Shown here piece by piece: positions 44,154-57,500 of a stretch of DNA of 64,000 nt (its first letter is position 1; the number at the start of each line of letters is the position of its first letter). The translations under genes and the position numbers were made by a program. The notes under the pieces are model-generated. The model was given only the letters and a program-made list of their open reading frames with translations. It made no database searches and was not told the DNA's origin. The stretch comes from Octopus sinensis (taxonomy: Eukaryota), in assembly GCF_006345805.1 (NCBI RefSeq), contig NC_043019.1:15747360-15811359 (forward strand), given 5' to 3'.

Positions 44154-46310
44154 AAAAATAATAGGTGCAGAGAAAAGCTAGTTTGTGGTTGGTTCAATGA
44201 ATACACCACTACCTTGATGATTGAACCCACACTGCTTCCATCCTATTGTGATTTGAACTCAGAATGAAATATAAAAAAAAGACCTTAGTAAATACTGATG
44301 GGTATCATCTAGTCCAATGTCCTACCAATTCTGTTCCTCAGATATTTATAACAATAATAATTTCAAATTTTGGTACAAGACCAGCAATTTTAGAAGAAGA
44401 GAGGTTAGTTGATTACATTGACCTCTGTACTTGAGTTGTACTCTTTCTTATTGACTCTGAAGAGATGAAAAGCAAGGTTGACCTGAATGAAATTTAATAA
44501 TAATGAAAACGTTCAGCAGAGGCTGTTATGGTCTCAAAATATAACTGGATATAACTATATATACAGCATATTTACATATATTTATATATTACACACACAC
44601 ATGTATAAATTACTATAAATTACCCTACATTTTAATGTACTGAGTCTATCTAGTGTGCTTGGCCTTCTCCATCTTCAGATTATGATGCACTTGCATGCAA
44701 AACTGGGCAGTACCAACTTAGTAAATCTAAGATGTTAAATATGAGAATGCACAATGACTCACAATGGGTAATCAGTGCTATGTTATGTGCATGAAAGAGG
44801 AAGGTCTCAAATATATATGGATATATACATATCTATTGTATGCACAGTGTCAAACTAGGGATGGTTGGGAAGAGGGGAACAATATAGTCAATGAAAAAGC
44901 AAAGTCAACCTCGGCAGGATTTGAACTCAGAACATAAAAGGTATGCAGCTGAATACCACAAGGAATTTGGTACAGTGCACTACCGATTCTGCCAACATAA
45001 TGATGATGCTAAGAATGTTAATGTTGATAATGGCAATAATGATGATGGTAACGATATTAATAATGATGAACTGTAATAATGATAATAATAATAAAATAAA
45101 TAAATAATTAATAAAAGAATGTGTAGAAACTAGGAATGTTCTGACCAAGTTTTCAAAATTCGAGGTAGTTAAGGAACGATGCCGTGTCCGTAGTAAAGGG
45201 TATGTATGTGTGTGTGTGTGTGTGTGTGCATGTTTCTGTGTATACAGATACACAGAGGTGTTTGTTTCATATAATCTCTTGAAAAATGGCATGAGGAAAA
45301 TGGTAAATGAGGAATTTGGAAAGTGTGAAGAAATCCCCCTTCATAAAATGGGACAAATGGCTTGATATAAATAATATACATTTAAACATGCACACACACA
45401 CACGCATATATACATATGCACTTGTATGCATACACATATATATATATGCACACACACACACCCATATAAATTTAATCACTTGCCTAATTCATCATCACCA
45501 TCATACCCTGGGTACCTTTAGGAGTCAACTCTGTTGTAAGCTTTTAAGCCATGTCTCTGGGGCCAAAGTATAACTTCCTGCCACCCTTGCACCAGTCGTG
45601 AAGGCCTGGAAAAGGATCATTGGTAATCCTTACATTGGCTAACTCACTCTCTCTCTTGTGCACACACACTTTCACCCGCACATCCGCCACTAGACAACTG
45701 GTGTTGGTTTGTTTACATCCTCTTAGTGGTTCGGCAAAAGAGACCGATAGAATAAGTATCAGATTTAAAAATGAACAAAAAAAAAAAAAAAAGTTACAGG
45801 GGTTGATTTGTTCGACTAAAACCCCCATCAAGATGGTGCCCCAGCTTGGCCACAGTCTAACGACTGAAACGAGTCAACTATATAAGAGGGGGAAGAAAAA
45901 CCAAAAAAAAACAAACAACATTGAGACACCATTTTACCACATTACCATTTTTTTTGTTTTTGTTTTCCTGCCAATGTGTAGAATTATTTTCGTTATCTTT
46001 TTTTTTAAAAAAAGCAAATATGGATACTGACTGAGTGTTGTGCTTGTTAGTAGCTGTGGCGATGGTGGTAGTGTTGATGGCTGTAGTGGTTCGAGTTATT
46101 GGCCGGGAGAGGAGGAGGGAGGGTCATGGCCAGGAGAGGGCTTCGTTAGGGGGAGATAACTAACTGTGGCTCTAAAATGTTGGATGGCTTAGTACACACA
46201 CACACGTGTGTGTGTGTGCATGTGTGTGCGTATGGTGGACTCTGCTGTCGTAGATGACAAATGAAGTTCAGACATTTCTTGCTGAACAATCTGCACATGT
46301 ATGAGTGTGT

Positions 46311-46357
<47 letters not shown>

Positions 46358-47579
46358 GTGTGTAAGCATACACCTACATATACACACCCATACAAAACCA
46401 ACATATAGAAATGAAGCAAAATGGGAGGTGGTTTGTGACAGATGTGAATGTTGATGGTTCCGATTAGGGATGGGTAGGGTGGGAAAGGGGACAGAGAGAC
46501 AAAAACACACACACAAAAAGGTGTGGGGAGAGAGAGAGAGAGAGAGAGAATGCACAATGACTCAGAAAGTATAACAAAGAAACAAATTGTGAAGAAAGGC
46601 CTTTCCATTGGAAACCACGAATAAACAGAAAAAAAAAAATAAAAGATGAGCAGGAAAAGTACCCCCCTCCCCCAAAAAACCTAAAACCAAAACGAAAAAA
46701 AAATTCGGAAGAATGTAAAATAATAATAATAATAATAATCATGAACAAAAAATAAACACAAAAAACAATGTCGCAGATAAACAAACAAACAGAAAATACC
46801 CAATTAACAAAGAAATCTGAATAATGATTGATGAGTGATACGATGTTTTAAACATTAGATGTGAATGAAGCTGGCTAGCTTGGCTGCAGTGGCTTTTTTT
46901 TTTTAAACTGATTTTTTTTGGTTGTGTTTTTAAATTATTTTCTTTCTCATTATTTTTTAGCGCTGTGGTCTACGTTCCCCACCCCCCCTTTTTTCTGAGA
47001 CACCCACCCCTCCCCCATTCTCTGACTGGACAAGTTTTTTTTTTTCGTTTCTTATGTCTTCTTTCCTTCTATCTGATTTCGAGGTAAAATTTGTCTCTTT
47101 TTGTTTAAATTTTTTTTTAAATGAACTCGTTTTTTTTTTTCATTAAAAACAATGATTTGTTTAGGAGTTTCGTTTGTTTTTTCTCTTTTTTTCTTTCTAT
47201 CCTTCTATTTTTCTTTTTACTTTTTCTTTGATAAATTCAAAACAAAAAAAATTTTTTTCCTTTGTCTGTGTCTGTCCGTCTGTCCAGCTGTCATTTTTTT
47301 TTTTCCTTTTTCTTTTAAATCTTTTTATTCTTTTCAGCATTCCTTTTAAAAAGGAGGAGTGATTTTATGGTTTGAATAATATACACATATACAAGAGAGA
47401 GAGAGGGAGAGAAAGTAAGAGAGAGAGAGAGGGAGAGAAAAAATTTCTGAAAAAATACCCGCATCTGTTGGAGAGGGTTGGTTTGTTTACCCTTGAAGAA
47501 AAGGCATTAAGGGACCAACTTCCACGTGAAAGAGGGACCCAAGAGTTGATGGGACAAACAAGCTAACTGTTCTAAAGTT

Positions 47580-48533
47580 TTACACTATGTCTAACTCTAA
47601 ATTGCCTGCCAAGATTGTTGGTCTAGCACACACACTGCTGGAGTCAAGCAGTAGAGGGCGCTGTTGGTCTGTCGGTAATGGTCTCTGTGGTTGATAATGG
47701 TGGTGGTTCTCGTCGGAACTTTGAACTGTTGCTTTGTATCCAAGAACACTGCTGTTGGGAGGAAGATTGCTGTGGCTGGCTAACAATGGATTGTTAGAAA
47801 TTTTACTGTAAACTTCCTGAGGACTCTGTTGTGGATGTGATGACTTTAGTGAGGTATGGCTGCAGTTTGGTGCAGAATCGACACACGGGGTGTCAGAGGT
47901 TGTTGGGGTGTAGGAGCTTGTCGAATTATTATTAACAATGCCTGTTGAGCTAGTAGTTGTATTATTAGTGTTGGTGGTCGGTATCGTCGACGACGGAGGA
48001 GGAGGAGGTACATTAATGTTTGTGGATGAGACCCCGAGGTCAGTGTGTGGTAGGAGAGAATTTGAGGTAGAAGTAAGATATTGGTTTCTGTTAGATTTCC
48101 CCGGTTGGTCGTGCTCAACATGAGTTCCAGCACGAGGAGTGATTGGTGTGCTGTCTGTAGGAGATTCCACCGATGCATCGAGGCCGTTCTCGTTACTGGG
48201 ACAGCCTGCATCAGTTACCCTGCCAGTGTTACATCCTCCATCTTCAGTCACATGTTTCGAGGGGACATTTGATTGAGTGTGTGGGTGCACGTTGCCCGTG
48301 CTCGGTGCACCATCCTGCGTTACATTTGCAGTTTGTTCACAAGGAGGTGATATCGTTGTGCCAGGATCTGTGGCTGATAACGAGGGCCCGTTGGTGGTCC
48401 CTGTATCAGCAGCATCAGAGCTGGACTTCACATCTCCCGTGTCATCTTGGTTTGGAGCTTGCGAGGTAGACTGTTCCGATTGACTTTCAGGTTTCCCTCT
48501 TTTCGACAAAAGGGGCTCCGTTTGTTCCATACC
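47580..48533 (-). CDS. Protogenin-like terminal exon (317 aa S/T/P/N-rich tail, ends LELDIV*)
   Basis: T-tract plus CAG acceptor, phase 0 matching the previous exon. A 954-nt open frame that is more GC/CpG-rich than its surroundings. Confidence 0.8.
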   Translation of the reverse strand, partial: GMEQTEPLLSKRGKPESQSEQSTSQAPNQDDTGDVKSSSDAADTGTTNGPSLSATDPGTTISPPCEQTANVTQDGAPSTGNVHPHTQSNVPSKHVTEDGGCNTGRVTDAGCPSNENGLDASVESPTDSTPITPRAGTHVEHDQPGKSNRNQYLTSTSNSLLPHTDLGVSSTNINVPPPPPSSTIPTTNTNNTTTSSTGIVNNNSTSSYTPTTSDTPCVDSAPNCSHTSLKSSHPQQSPQEVYSKISNNPLLASHSNLPPNSSVLGYKATVQSSDENHHHYQPQRPLPTDQQRPLLLDSSSVCARPTILAGNLELDIV

Positions 48534-51500
48534 CTGTTGAAAAAAAAACAAGAAAAAGAAAATGAGTTAGAGAGCAACATTGTTAAGATGCTAATGTGTT
48601 TTAAGGACCATAACAATACTCAATTTCATCTCACAGACTCATCATTTAACAGACCAATATTTTTTTAAAACAAATAACCACAGGTATGGTGTAGTAAGAT
48701 GTTTGCTTCCCAACCACATGGTTCCAGGTCCAGTCCCATTGCATGGTTCCAGGTCCAGTCCCATTGCATGGTACTTTGGGCAAGTGTCTTCCATTATAGC
48801 CTCAGGCCAACCAAGGCCTTGTAAGTGGACCTGGTAGACAGAAACTGAAAGAAGCTCATCATATATATATATATATATTATAAAGATATATACATGTATG
48901 CTGAGACCTCCTTCGGTCATAATTGACCATGGGATTGCATCTAAAAAGTTACCCTCCCGGACACAAGTCTGGGCAAGATTGTTTTATGGATGACCAGCAG
49001 TCGTCCATGCATACCGGCCTTCCCTCTCCATGCCACCAGTGTTATTCAAGGGAAAGGTAAAGGTTGATACAGCTTGGCACCTGTAATGTCGCAACTCATT
49101 TCTACAGATGAGTGAACTGGAGCAACGTGAAATAAAGAGTCTTGCTCAAGAACACAACACGCAGCCCAGTCCAGGATTTGAACTCACAGCCTCACGATCG
49201 TAAACTCGAGGCTCTAACCACTGAGCCATGCGCCTTCACATACATATATACAACAGGCTTCTTTTAGTTTCCGTCTGCCAAATCCACTCACAAGGCTTTG
49301 GTTGGGCCAAGGTGCCACGCAGTGGGACTGAACCCGGAACCATGTGGTTGGTAAAGAAGCTACTTACCACACAGCCACTTCTATATATTATAAAGATATA
49401 TATATATATATTATAATGATACATGCATATATATATACTAGCAGCTAAGTCCAGTTTCACCCAGTCTGTTTGGATGATGTGGCTGTGATCATTTTCAGTT
49501 AGACAATGTATAACAGCATTACTCAACCTTATCAGTTTAGGTCCCCGGTTTTGATTGGAGCCTCTAGCTGTATGAAAATTCCCTGATCCCCCCACCCCAC
49601 CCCATCAGAAAACTGCTTCAGGAGTTGTGAAGAACAAATCTGTACGTAGTCTGTTTCTGAGAGTTATTTCTATCGGGCCTCTGTCTAATCATTAAAACAT
49701 TGATTTAATTATGAAAATAGAAAGAAATTATTTTTGTAAGCAGTTGTATCTGTAAAAATTTTATTTGCAGAGAACAGAAATTGAAAGAAGATATATGAAA
49801 TGGACGTGTGTGTGCGCTTGCCCGTGTGTATGTGAGAGAGAAAGAGGGTGAGAAAGAGAGAGTGTGAGTGAGTGAAGGTTTGTGTCGTGATGATTGACGT
49901 CTTTTAAGGTACACACACATACATAGAAAATTTGAGGTCATTGTATAAAATTTTTATAGTTGATTTATGGAAAACACTATGTTAAATTTTTGAAATGCAA
50001 ATATATGAATGAAAATTAAGTTCAGACCCCTACATGGTAGCTAGACCTGGTAGAAATTGCAGCAAATCTCCCTCAAAATACCCTACTATCTTAATCCGAC
50101 AATTCTGTCTATTATGTAGTTTGAATGAGAAACTGTAACTAAAGATTACAATTATTAACCCCACAAAGAGGTGAAAGAAGAGAGACAGCTTAGCGAAAGT
50201 TTTGGCTCACTGTCATCCTGTACCCCCCTTGTTGCTAGCGAAATGGTATATGCTGGCTGTGTGAGCAACTAGTTCTTTTAATGGTGGAACAAACAAGAGA
50301 ATTCCATTAGAAAAGTTTTAATTGATTTTCTCGGTAACTATGGGGGCTAGGAAAAAAATACAAAGTGCATTCCAATCTATGCACCCGTCACCACATATGT
50401 GCCATTTTTCATGTGAATCCACTCTGCCGTTTGGCTGTGAACCTCAAGACAAGAAAGAATACAACGATCGCCCATGTCCAATTTATCTTATAGATTATTA
50501 GTATAAAGATATACATATATAGAGACACACACACACGTGTGTGAGTGTGTGTGTGTTTCCCTTTGTGATTGAAAACGAGTGTTGCTGTGTTTACATCCCC
50601 TTAACCTAACAGTTTAAACCAATAGAATAAATACCAGGCTTAAAAAAATAAAAGTAAGGAATCAGTTTCATTTGACTAAAACGTCTTCAAGGCAGTGCCC
50701 CAACATGGCCACACAGTAATGACTGAAAGAAGTAAAAGATAAAAAATTGCAAATGACTATCCACTGCACTAACAATTCTGTTAACTGACCACTGTTGTCA
50801 CAGATTATAAACTCATACACGTGGGATGGTCACTGCTGGAATGCCTATAATCTTTTTTCTCAAACATATGGTTCTGGGTTCAGTCCCACTGTGTGGCACC
50901 TTGGGCAAAAGAGACCGATAGAATAAGTACTAGGCTTAAAAAATAAGTCCTGGGGTTGATTTGTTCAACTAAAACCCTTCAAGGCATTGCTCCAGCATGG
51001 CTGCATTCAAATGACTGAAACAAGTAAAAGAATGGGGAAAAAAATTAATGAATAAGACTACAGTAAATTGCCTTTCCTTTTTTGAAAGGGGAGATTTATC
51101 CACTATTTTTAGCATATCAAGTAACCATGTAGAAGCTTTTGTGGTAGATGTGGAAGAAATCTGTGAGTGAATATTGAGGGGTATGAGGATGCTCTGGAGG
51201 GGGGAGGAGGCAGATAACAATGACAACAACCATGACAACAGCAACAACAATGACATAAACAACAACGAAAACAAAACAATGACAACAACACGAACAACAA
51301 TGACCACAATTACAACCAGACATTATACAGACCACCCTCTTCCCCCGGACAATGGTCACAACTGATAGAAAACATGGCATACACAAAGTTTAAATATAAA
51401 ATTTACACAGAAACTGAATTGAACAGTAAATGTTAATTTTGTGACAAAGTTGTTAATAATGTTAATAGTGTAGCAATAGTATATCGTTAATAGAGTAGTA

Positions 51501-54500
51501 ATATAGTGTTGTTAGCAATCAAAGCATAAAAGCTCACACTGTTTAACTACTAATTACTAGGATATAAATGGTTGTATGCATGTATGCATTTGTGTGGGTG
51601 GTCTTTAGTGGATTGCATAATTATCAACTTTTACAAGACAGTAATGATGACAGCTGGTAAATGGAAACTTCAAAGACCCTTTCAACTTTTCCCTTGTGAA
51701 AATTAATATATAATACTCTACTAAAAAGTACTGAATAATCCAGTTTTGATTTATATTAATTTGTTTTGACATATAATTCCACATAAAAATAACAGATACG
51801 ATATATATATATATATATATAATTATTGTTATTGTTAATTTAGATGGCAGAATAAACAAACACAAAGTAGATAAATTAGATGGACAGAGAGAAAAAAAAA
51901 AAGAATAAGAAAAACAGAGCATAGAGAGAGAAAAAAAACAAGCAAATATTGGAAGAGATTATTGAAAGCAAGTTAGGTTATGGATTAAGCAGGGACTGAA
52001 ACTTTATCAATCCTTTCAATATCAAACAGCCTGAGATCAATTCTGATTCTCTGATAGAACACTTTTTGCTTATGTCTAAAATATTAATTATTTTACGGGC
52101 TTCTCTTAAATTCCCGATTATTTTCAAAATAATTTAAGCAGTAATAGGCAGCGTATTTTATTAGAAATATGGTTGTGAAAGGGTTAGGCCCTACAAATCG
52201 CTAGATTAAATAAATTCTATTAATCTACTCGTCACTCAATGATCAACAAACCTAACAAAACAACAGAGCTCTCTTCTCACTGGCTATCCTTAATTAGGAG
52301 ACGCTAAACCTGGTTCTATGACACTGGAAAAGAATGACACCGCTTGTATGACGGTGACTTTTGGGTGTGACTATCATGGACTTCCTTCAATTTCATCATC
52401 ATCGTTTAACGTCCGTTTTCCATGCTAGCATGGATTGGATGGTTCAACCGGGGTCTGGGAAGCCAGGAGGCTGCACCAGGCTCCAGTCTGGTTTGGCAGT
52501 GTTTCTACTCTCCCAAATCCACTCACAAGTCTTTGGTCAGCTGAGGTCAAAGTAGAGACTAACCCAAGGTGCCACCCAGCTCCTTGTCCCCTCGCATAGA
52601 CAACAGTTTATCACAGAGGATTTTAGTACTAGATGAATCACATGGTAAAAACCAGCTGTGACAAGTCAATGAACAAGCCATGATGTAGTCCTTCAACTTA
52701 AATAGCAAAATAAATTCTCCATCAAATTATATGCTACAATCTTAGTAAAAGAGTGACACACTTGATAATACACATATTTGTGTGTGTAATACTGGAGAGA
52801 GTGATTAGGTGATCATGGCTGATCTATGTACTAAACAACAACAAAACAGAAAGTGGTTCGAGGTAACAGGCACGAGAGTTGCTCTGTGGTTAAGTTTGCT
52901 TCCCAGCTATGTTTTCAGGTTCAGTTCCATGAGGCATCTTCTACAGTAGCTCTGGGATGCCCAAAATATTGTGAGTAGATTTGGTTTACAGAAGCACACA
53001 GAAGGAAAAAAAATAATATGGATTATCTTGAATTCATCATTTATATTTTGCTTGTTTCAGTCATTGGACTGCAGCCAAGCTGGGGCACTGCCTTGAAGAA
53101 TTTTAGTTGAACGAATCAAACATTGTACATTTTTTTTTGTAAAGCCTGGTACTTAGTCGCTATTGTTTTAAAAAAAGAAACATGGAAAAAAAACCCATGA
53201 AAATAAAGATAGAAAAGAACAAAAAAGAGAAACATGAGAGAGAGAGAGAGAGGGATGAAGAAGAGAAAGAGATAGAATCAGCATTGCGATACAGTGTTAC
53301 CATCGGTGGTAATGAACGAAGTGAGGGAAGGGAGACAAGCTAGGTTAACTAAAATGTTTGAGTTCATTTTTATATTATTATTATTATTTTTTTTAGTTTT
53401 ATAATGTAACGGTTTGGGTGCGATTTACCTGCGATTCTTCACCACGTTCTTTGGTGTCGTCAGCATCGTTAGGGCTGTGGTGGGTGTCGTTATCCCCTGC
53501 TACTCCACCACCAACTCCACTGTCAACACTGACACACCCACTGTCGCCAGTCAGGCCCTTGTCCAGACACGTAGCTATAAAACTGGTCGTGTGGCCGTTA
53601 GGAATGTGACCGTTTAAACCACTGGAGACTCGGTAACCATTAATTGGTGTTCCGCTAGAAGTAAACATCAAGTGCCCTCCACCCTACAAAATACAAACAG
53701 TAAACGTTGACGAGAGAAATGACGGAAGCCAGTGTAACAGTCGAGAGGGAGGAAGAGAGAGAGAGAAAGAGAGGCAGATAGAGAGAGAGAGAGAGCAGGG
53801 TGGAAACATTATTTAGATTATAAGTTTTCATTTGTGCTCGTCACAGTGAAAGACAGAAGGATACTAGGGCAACGTGATGGTGCTAGTGATGAAGGTTTAA
53901 ACATCTATTGTGTGTATGTGTGTGTACATATATAAATTTGTGCAGCCTTGTGTCTCCAAATGCCTTCCCATTGAAATTTGAGAGAGAGCGGGGTGTGCAT
54001 AATGGTGCAAAATAGTACTTTGAATTAGACCCTGTTATTTCAACAGGTTAAGTCTGCTATTCAATAACCAGATCAATAAAATAAGTACCAGCCATATTGG
54101 GGCAAATATGATCAATGAAAGCACAATATATATAATGGTATGCTGCTGGCACACACCACTTCTAGGGTTGCACTCAATTCATGAGGTCTCAGATTGAATG
54201 GCAATAAGGAAGGGTATCCATCCAAGAAAAACAGTGAGGTCTGGTGGTTTCCTTTTGCTGTATGTCAGATAGGATGAAGGATCACAATATCAGGGTGAGA
54301 CACTGTACTGGAATGTGAACTGGCAATGAAGAAGCTGATGAAGAAGATAATGATATACATAATCACACACCATACACATTAAAAGAGGATTTAGAAATTC
54401 GAGTGAATTATCTAACGAGATGAACATGGATTGCAAAGCATGTGTTGCAATACTACATAATCATCGATATTCATGATGTGTCTAAGCCATGTATTGTTGG

Positions 54501-57500
54501 AACAATCATAATGAAGGATTAAATGTAATACTATCAGCTCCATTCTTGCTCTCACAATAATTTAACATAAATTTTCAATGCTGGCAAAGATTGAACAGTT
54601 TGACAAGGCCAGAGGTTGCACCATTTTCCACCATCTGTCTTGGCATGGTTTCTACAGCTGGATGCCCTTCACAATGCCTATCACTTTACAGAATGTACCA
54701 GGTGTTTTTTATGTGGCATCATCTGTAGTGTTGGGGGAGGGGCACCAGCACCAGTACTAGAGTGCTATTGCAAATAGGCTAGGCATAAAATATATAAAGA
54801 TATATATCATATAGTGTTTCAAAAATTATAAAATTTCCATCAATTTCTTTTATTTATGGTTCAGTCAAAGGAGAAAGGGTAGCACCTATGCCCTTTTCAA
54901 GACCCTGTAAAGACTATTGAAGGTAGGAGGAAACAAGTAAAAAAAAAGGTGAAAAGTTAATCTGTCTTAATTTAATTAATGGAAGAAGATGAGATGATTC
55001 TACTATCCCACCCCCACTAACATTGCAGTGAATGGTGTGAGAGAGAGAGAGAGTATAGAAACTACCACCCACCACTACATGTTTATTCAAAGTGAGAGGA
55101 GCAATTTGAAGACAAAGGAAAACTCACAAAAACTAAATAGTTATTCATCATTGTTTAACACTGATTTCTCTGAGCTAGAATGGTTTGGATGGTTCAACTG
55201 GAACCAAGAAACCAAAGGACGACTGCACTGAGCTCTAATGTTTGGTCTGGGCATGATCTTTACACCTGGGTGCCCTTCCTAATGCCATATATCCACCATA
55301 AAAAGTTAAGAGGTAAGTTCAGTGAATATATTTATTTAACCACTGGATATCCGTAGGATTACAGCTGTTTCACAACCTTTTTCATGTACCAGTTATTTCA
55401 GTGTATAATCAATTATTTTACATGTCTACACCAGTATGCACGCTACATATTGCACAGTACAATTGTGCATTGACAAATCAATGCAGATGCAGAAGGCTTG
55501 CTCTTCAGATTACCAGATCACCAAATCATCAACTCTGCATATACATACAAAATTATTCTTTATGTAATATAAATAAATACTCCTCTTGAAATAATTTCAT
55601 AGACTGGATCTCCTAGATTTCAGCTGTATGGAACTCTACATTATACTCCTCTGTATTGGATTACTATGTGGTCTGCTAGCCAGGTCCAGTAGAGAAGCTT
55701 TCTGTGATATCCACAAGATTCTATGAATTCATATATTGCACTACAAATTTATATATCCACACAACCTATCAGAAGTGTGTGAGGGAGCTGTTCTGTCTAA
55801 CTTGTACATGGAATAAAAGTGAGCAGGAAAATGGCATGACAAGCAACAAGGGTGGGGGGGATGCTGACACCTCAAACTCTGGCTTAGTGGACAAAGATGG
55901 ATGGATGGTCATGCATGGAGGGACTGGTGAACAACAACAAAAACAACAACTGCAACTACAAAAAGCAATATTTCCACTAAAGCAAAAGATGAAAAAACAT
56001 TTACAGGCAATACGAATTGATGAAATAACTGTCCAGTTTGTTAATATTTAAAACACAATGGCAGAAGTGTTTTCTAAACTTGTCAAAGCTTGCTTACCTT
56101 TGCATCAGAATTCTCATTTTCTGAGAGTCGGATAAGCATAGGAGTTCGAGATTCCAGTTCATGCATTCCAGTCAAATTGGTGTGATTTGGTCCGTGGCCG
56201 TTGCTTCTGATATGACTATCAAGGGCCAGATTCTGTCTTTTGCACCATCTATGAGAGAGGGGTGGGGTGGAAGAGAAAGTAAAGTTTAATCAACAACTAA
56301 ATAATTAAGACATTGTCAAACTACATAATTAAACTAGTGGTTCTCAAACAGATTCCACATAAGATTTTGTTATCAAAATTTTGGTGCAATAAATTGGTTT
56401 ATACTTTAACACAAAATATTTCAAGAATTTAATACAATCCCTAATAATATTTCATTGTAAAAATATAAGATTTTTTAAACATGGAATGGTTACGAGAGTC
56501 CACTAAAGTAAAATAAAAAAACAAGGAAGTCCAAAGGCAAAAAATGATTGAGAACCAATGTATTAAACAAACCAAAACTATGGGAGGTACCTGTTTGTCA
56601 GCAAGACATCCAGTAGTTAACCAAGGTTGAGAGATGAAGACAACCTCAGACACTCAAAACATCCACTCAAGACTAAACATTTTTTTTGTAACAAGACATA
56701 AAACTAATATGTGCATTTACTTCTTACCTGTGTTGGAAACATCCAATGAAGATGGTGATGAGGATGCAGATTACGAGAACGGCACCAATGATGATCCCAG
56801 CATGGGATGTTGTGAAACCATGACTGGAGGCTACACAAACGAGCAAAAGAAAGAATGTTGAAACCCCAACCTGCTAGGAACAGATGCCAAATAGTCATAG
56901 AATCACATCTTATTGTCTTAGAAAATGGAAAGGAAGAGTCTAGGATAATGTTATGTTTGGTTTAATATGTCAAGAAAACATTGACAGGATTATCACAGAT
57001 GGGGAAAGCTAATCAGCAGAAGTCTGCGCCTTCACTGTTGACCTCAGGCAAAACGTCAAGGATATAGGTGTATAGTTAATTAGTTCATAAGTGGAGTTCA
57101 ACAGCTGTATCTTTAAGATGAACATGATCAAATGCATAATTAAATAATTATGACACAGATTTAATTAATTTAAATTAGATTAAAAGCTGTGGTTACCCAA
57201 GGTATCGGGAATATTGTGTTATGTTCATCATCAAAAAACAATTTATTTGCATTGGGCTCTTAATTACTGAGGAATTTTTGTTTTCATGTTTATACAATAT
57301 AAGCTATACATATATATACATATATTCTTGTTTATCACTAAATTCATTCATAACTGATTTAAGATATCATGGTATGCTAATTGTGAACTCTGTCAACTGG
57401 TTATGCTTAATCACAAACTGAGCAGTGATAAACACTAGTTGGCAACCAGTTGAAGGTTCTGGCTAGACTGCAAAAGTTTGTCTCAGCAACTATTTACAAT

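Noticed and set aside
48534-48551. ORF start MFFFQQ resembling the WFFFQ of vertebrate protogenin
   Set aside because: These residues come from the intronic T-tract and CAG acceptor. The exon begins at 48533, so the match is coincidental.
55570-55690. Possible Tc1/maT transposase remnant (LDYYV)
   Set aside because: Only five residues match and the upstream WPPxSPDLNP motif is absent.
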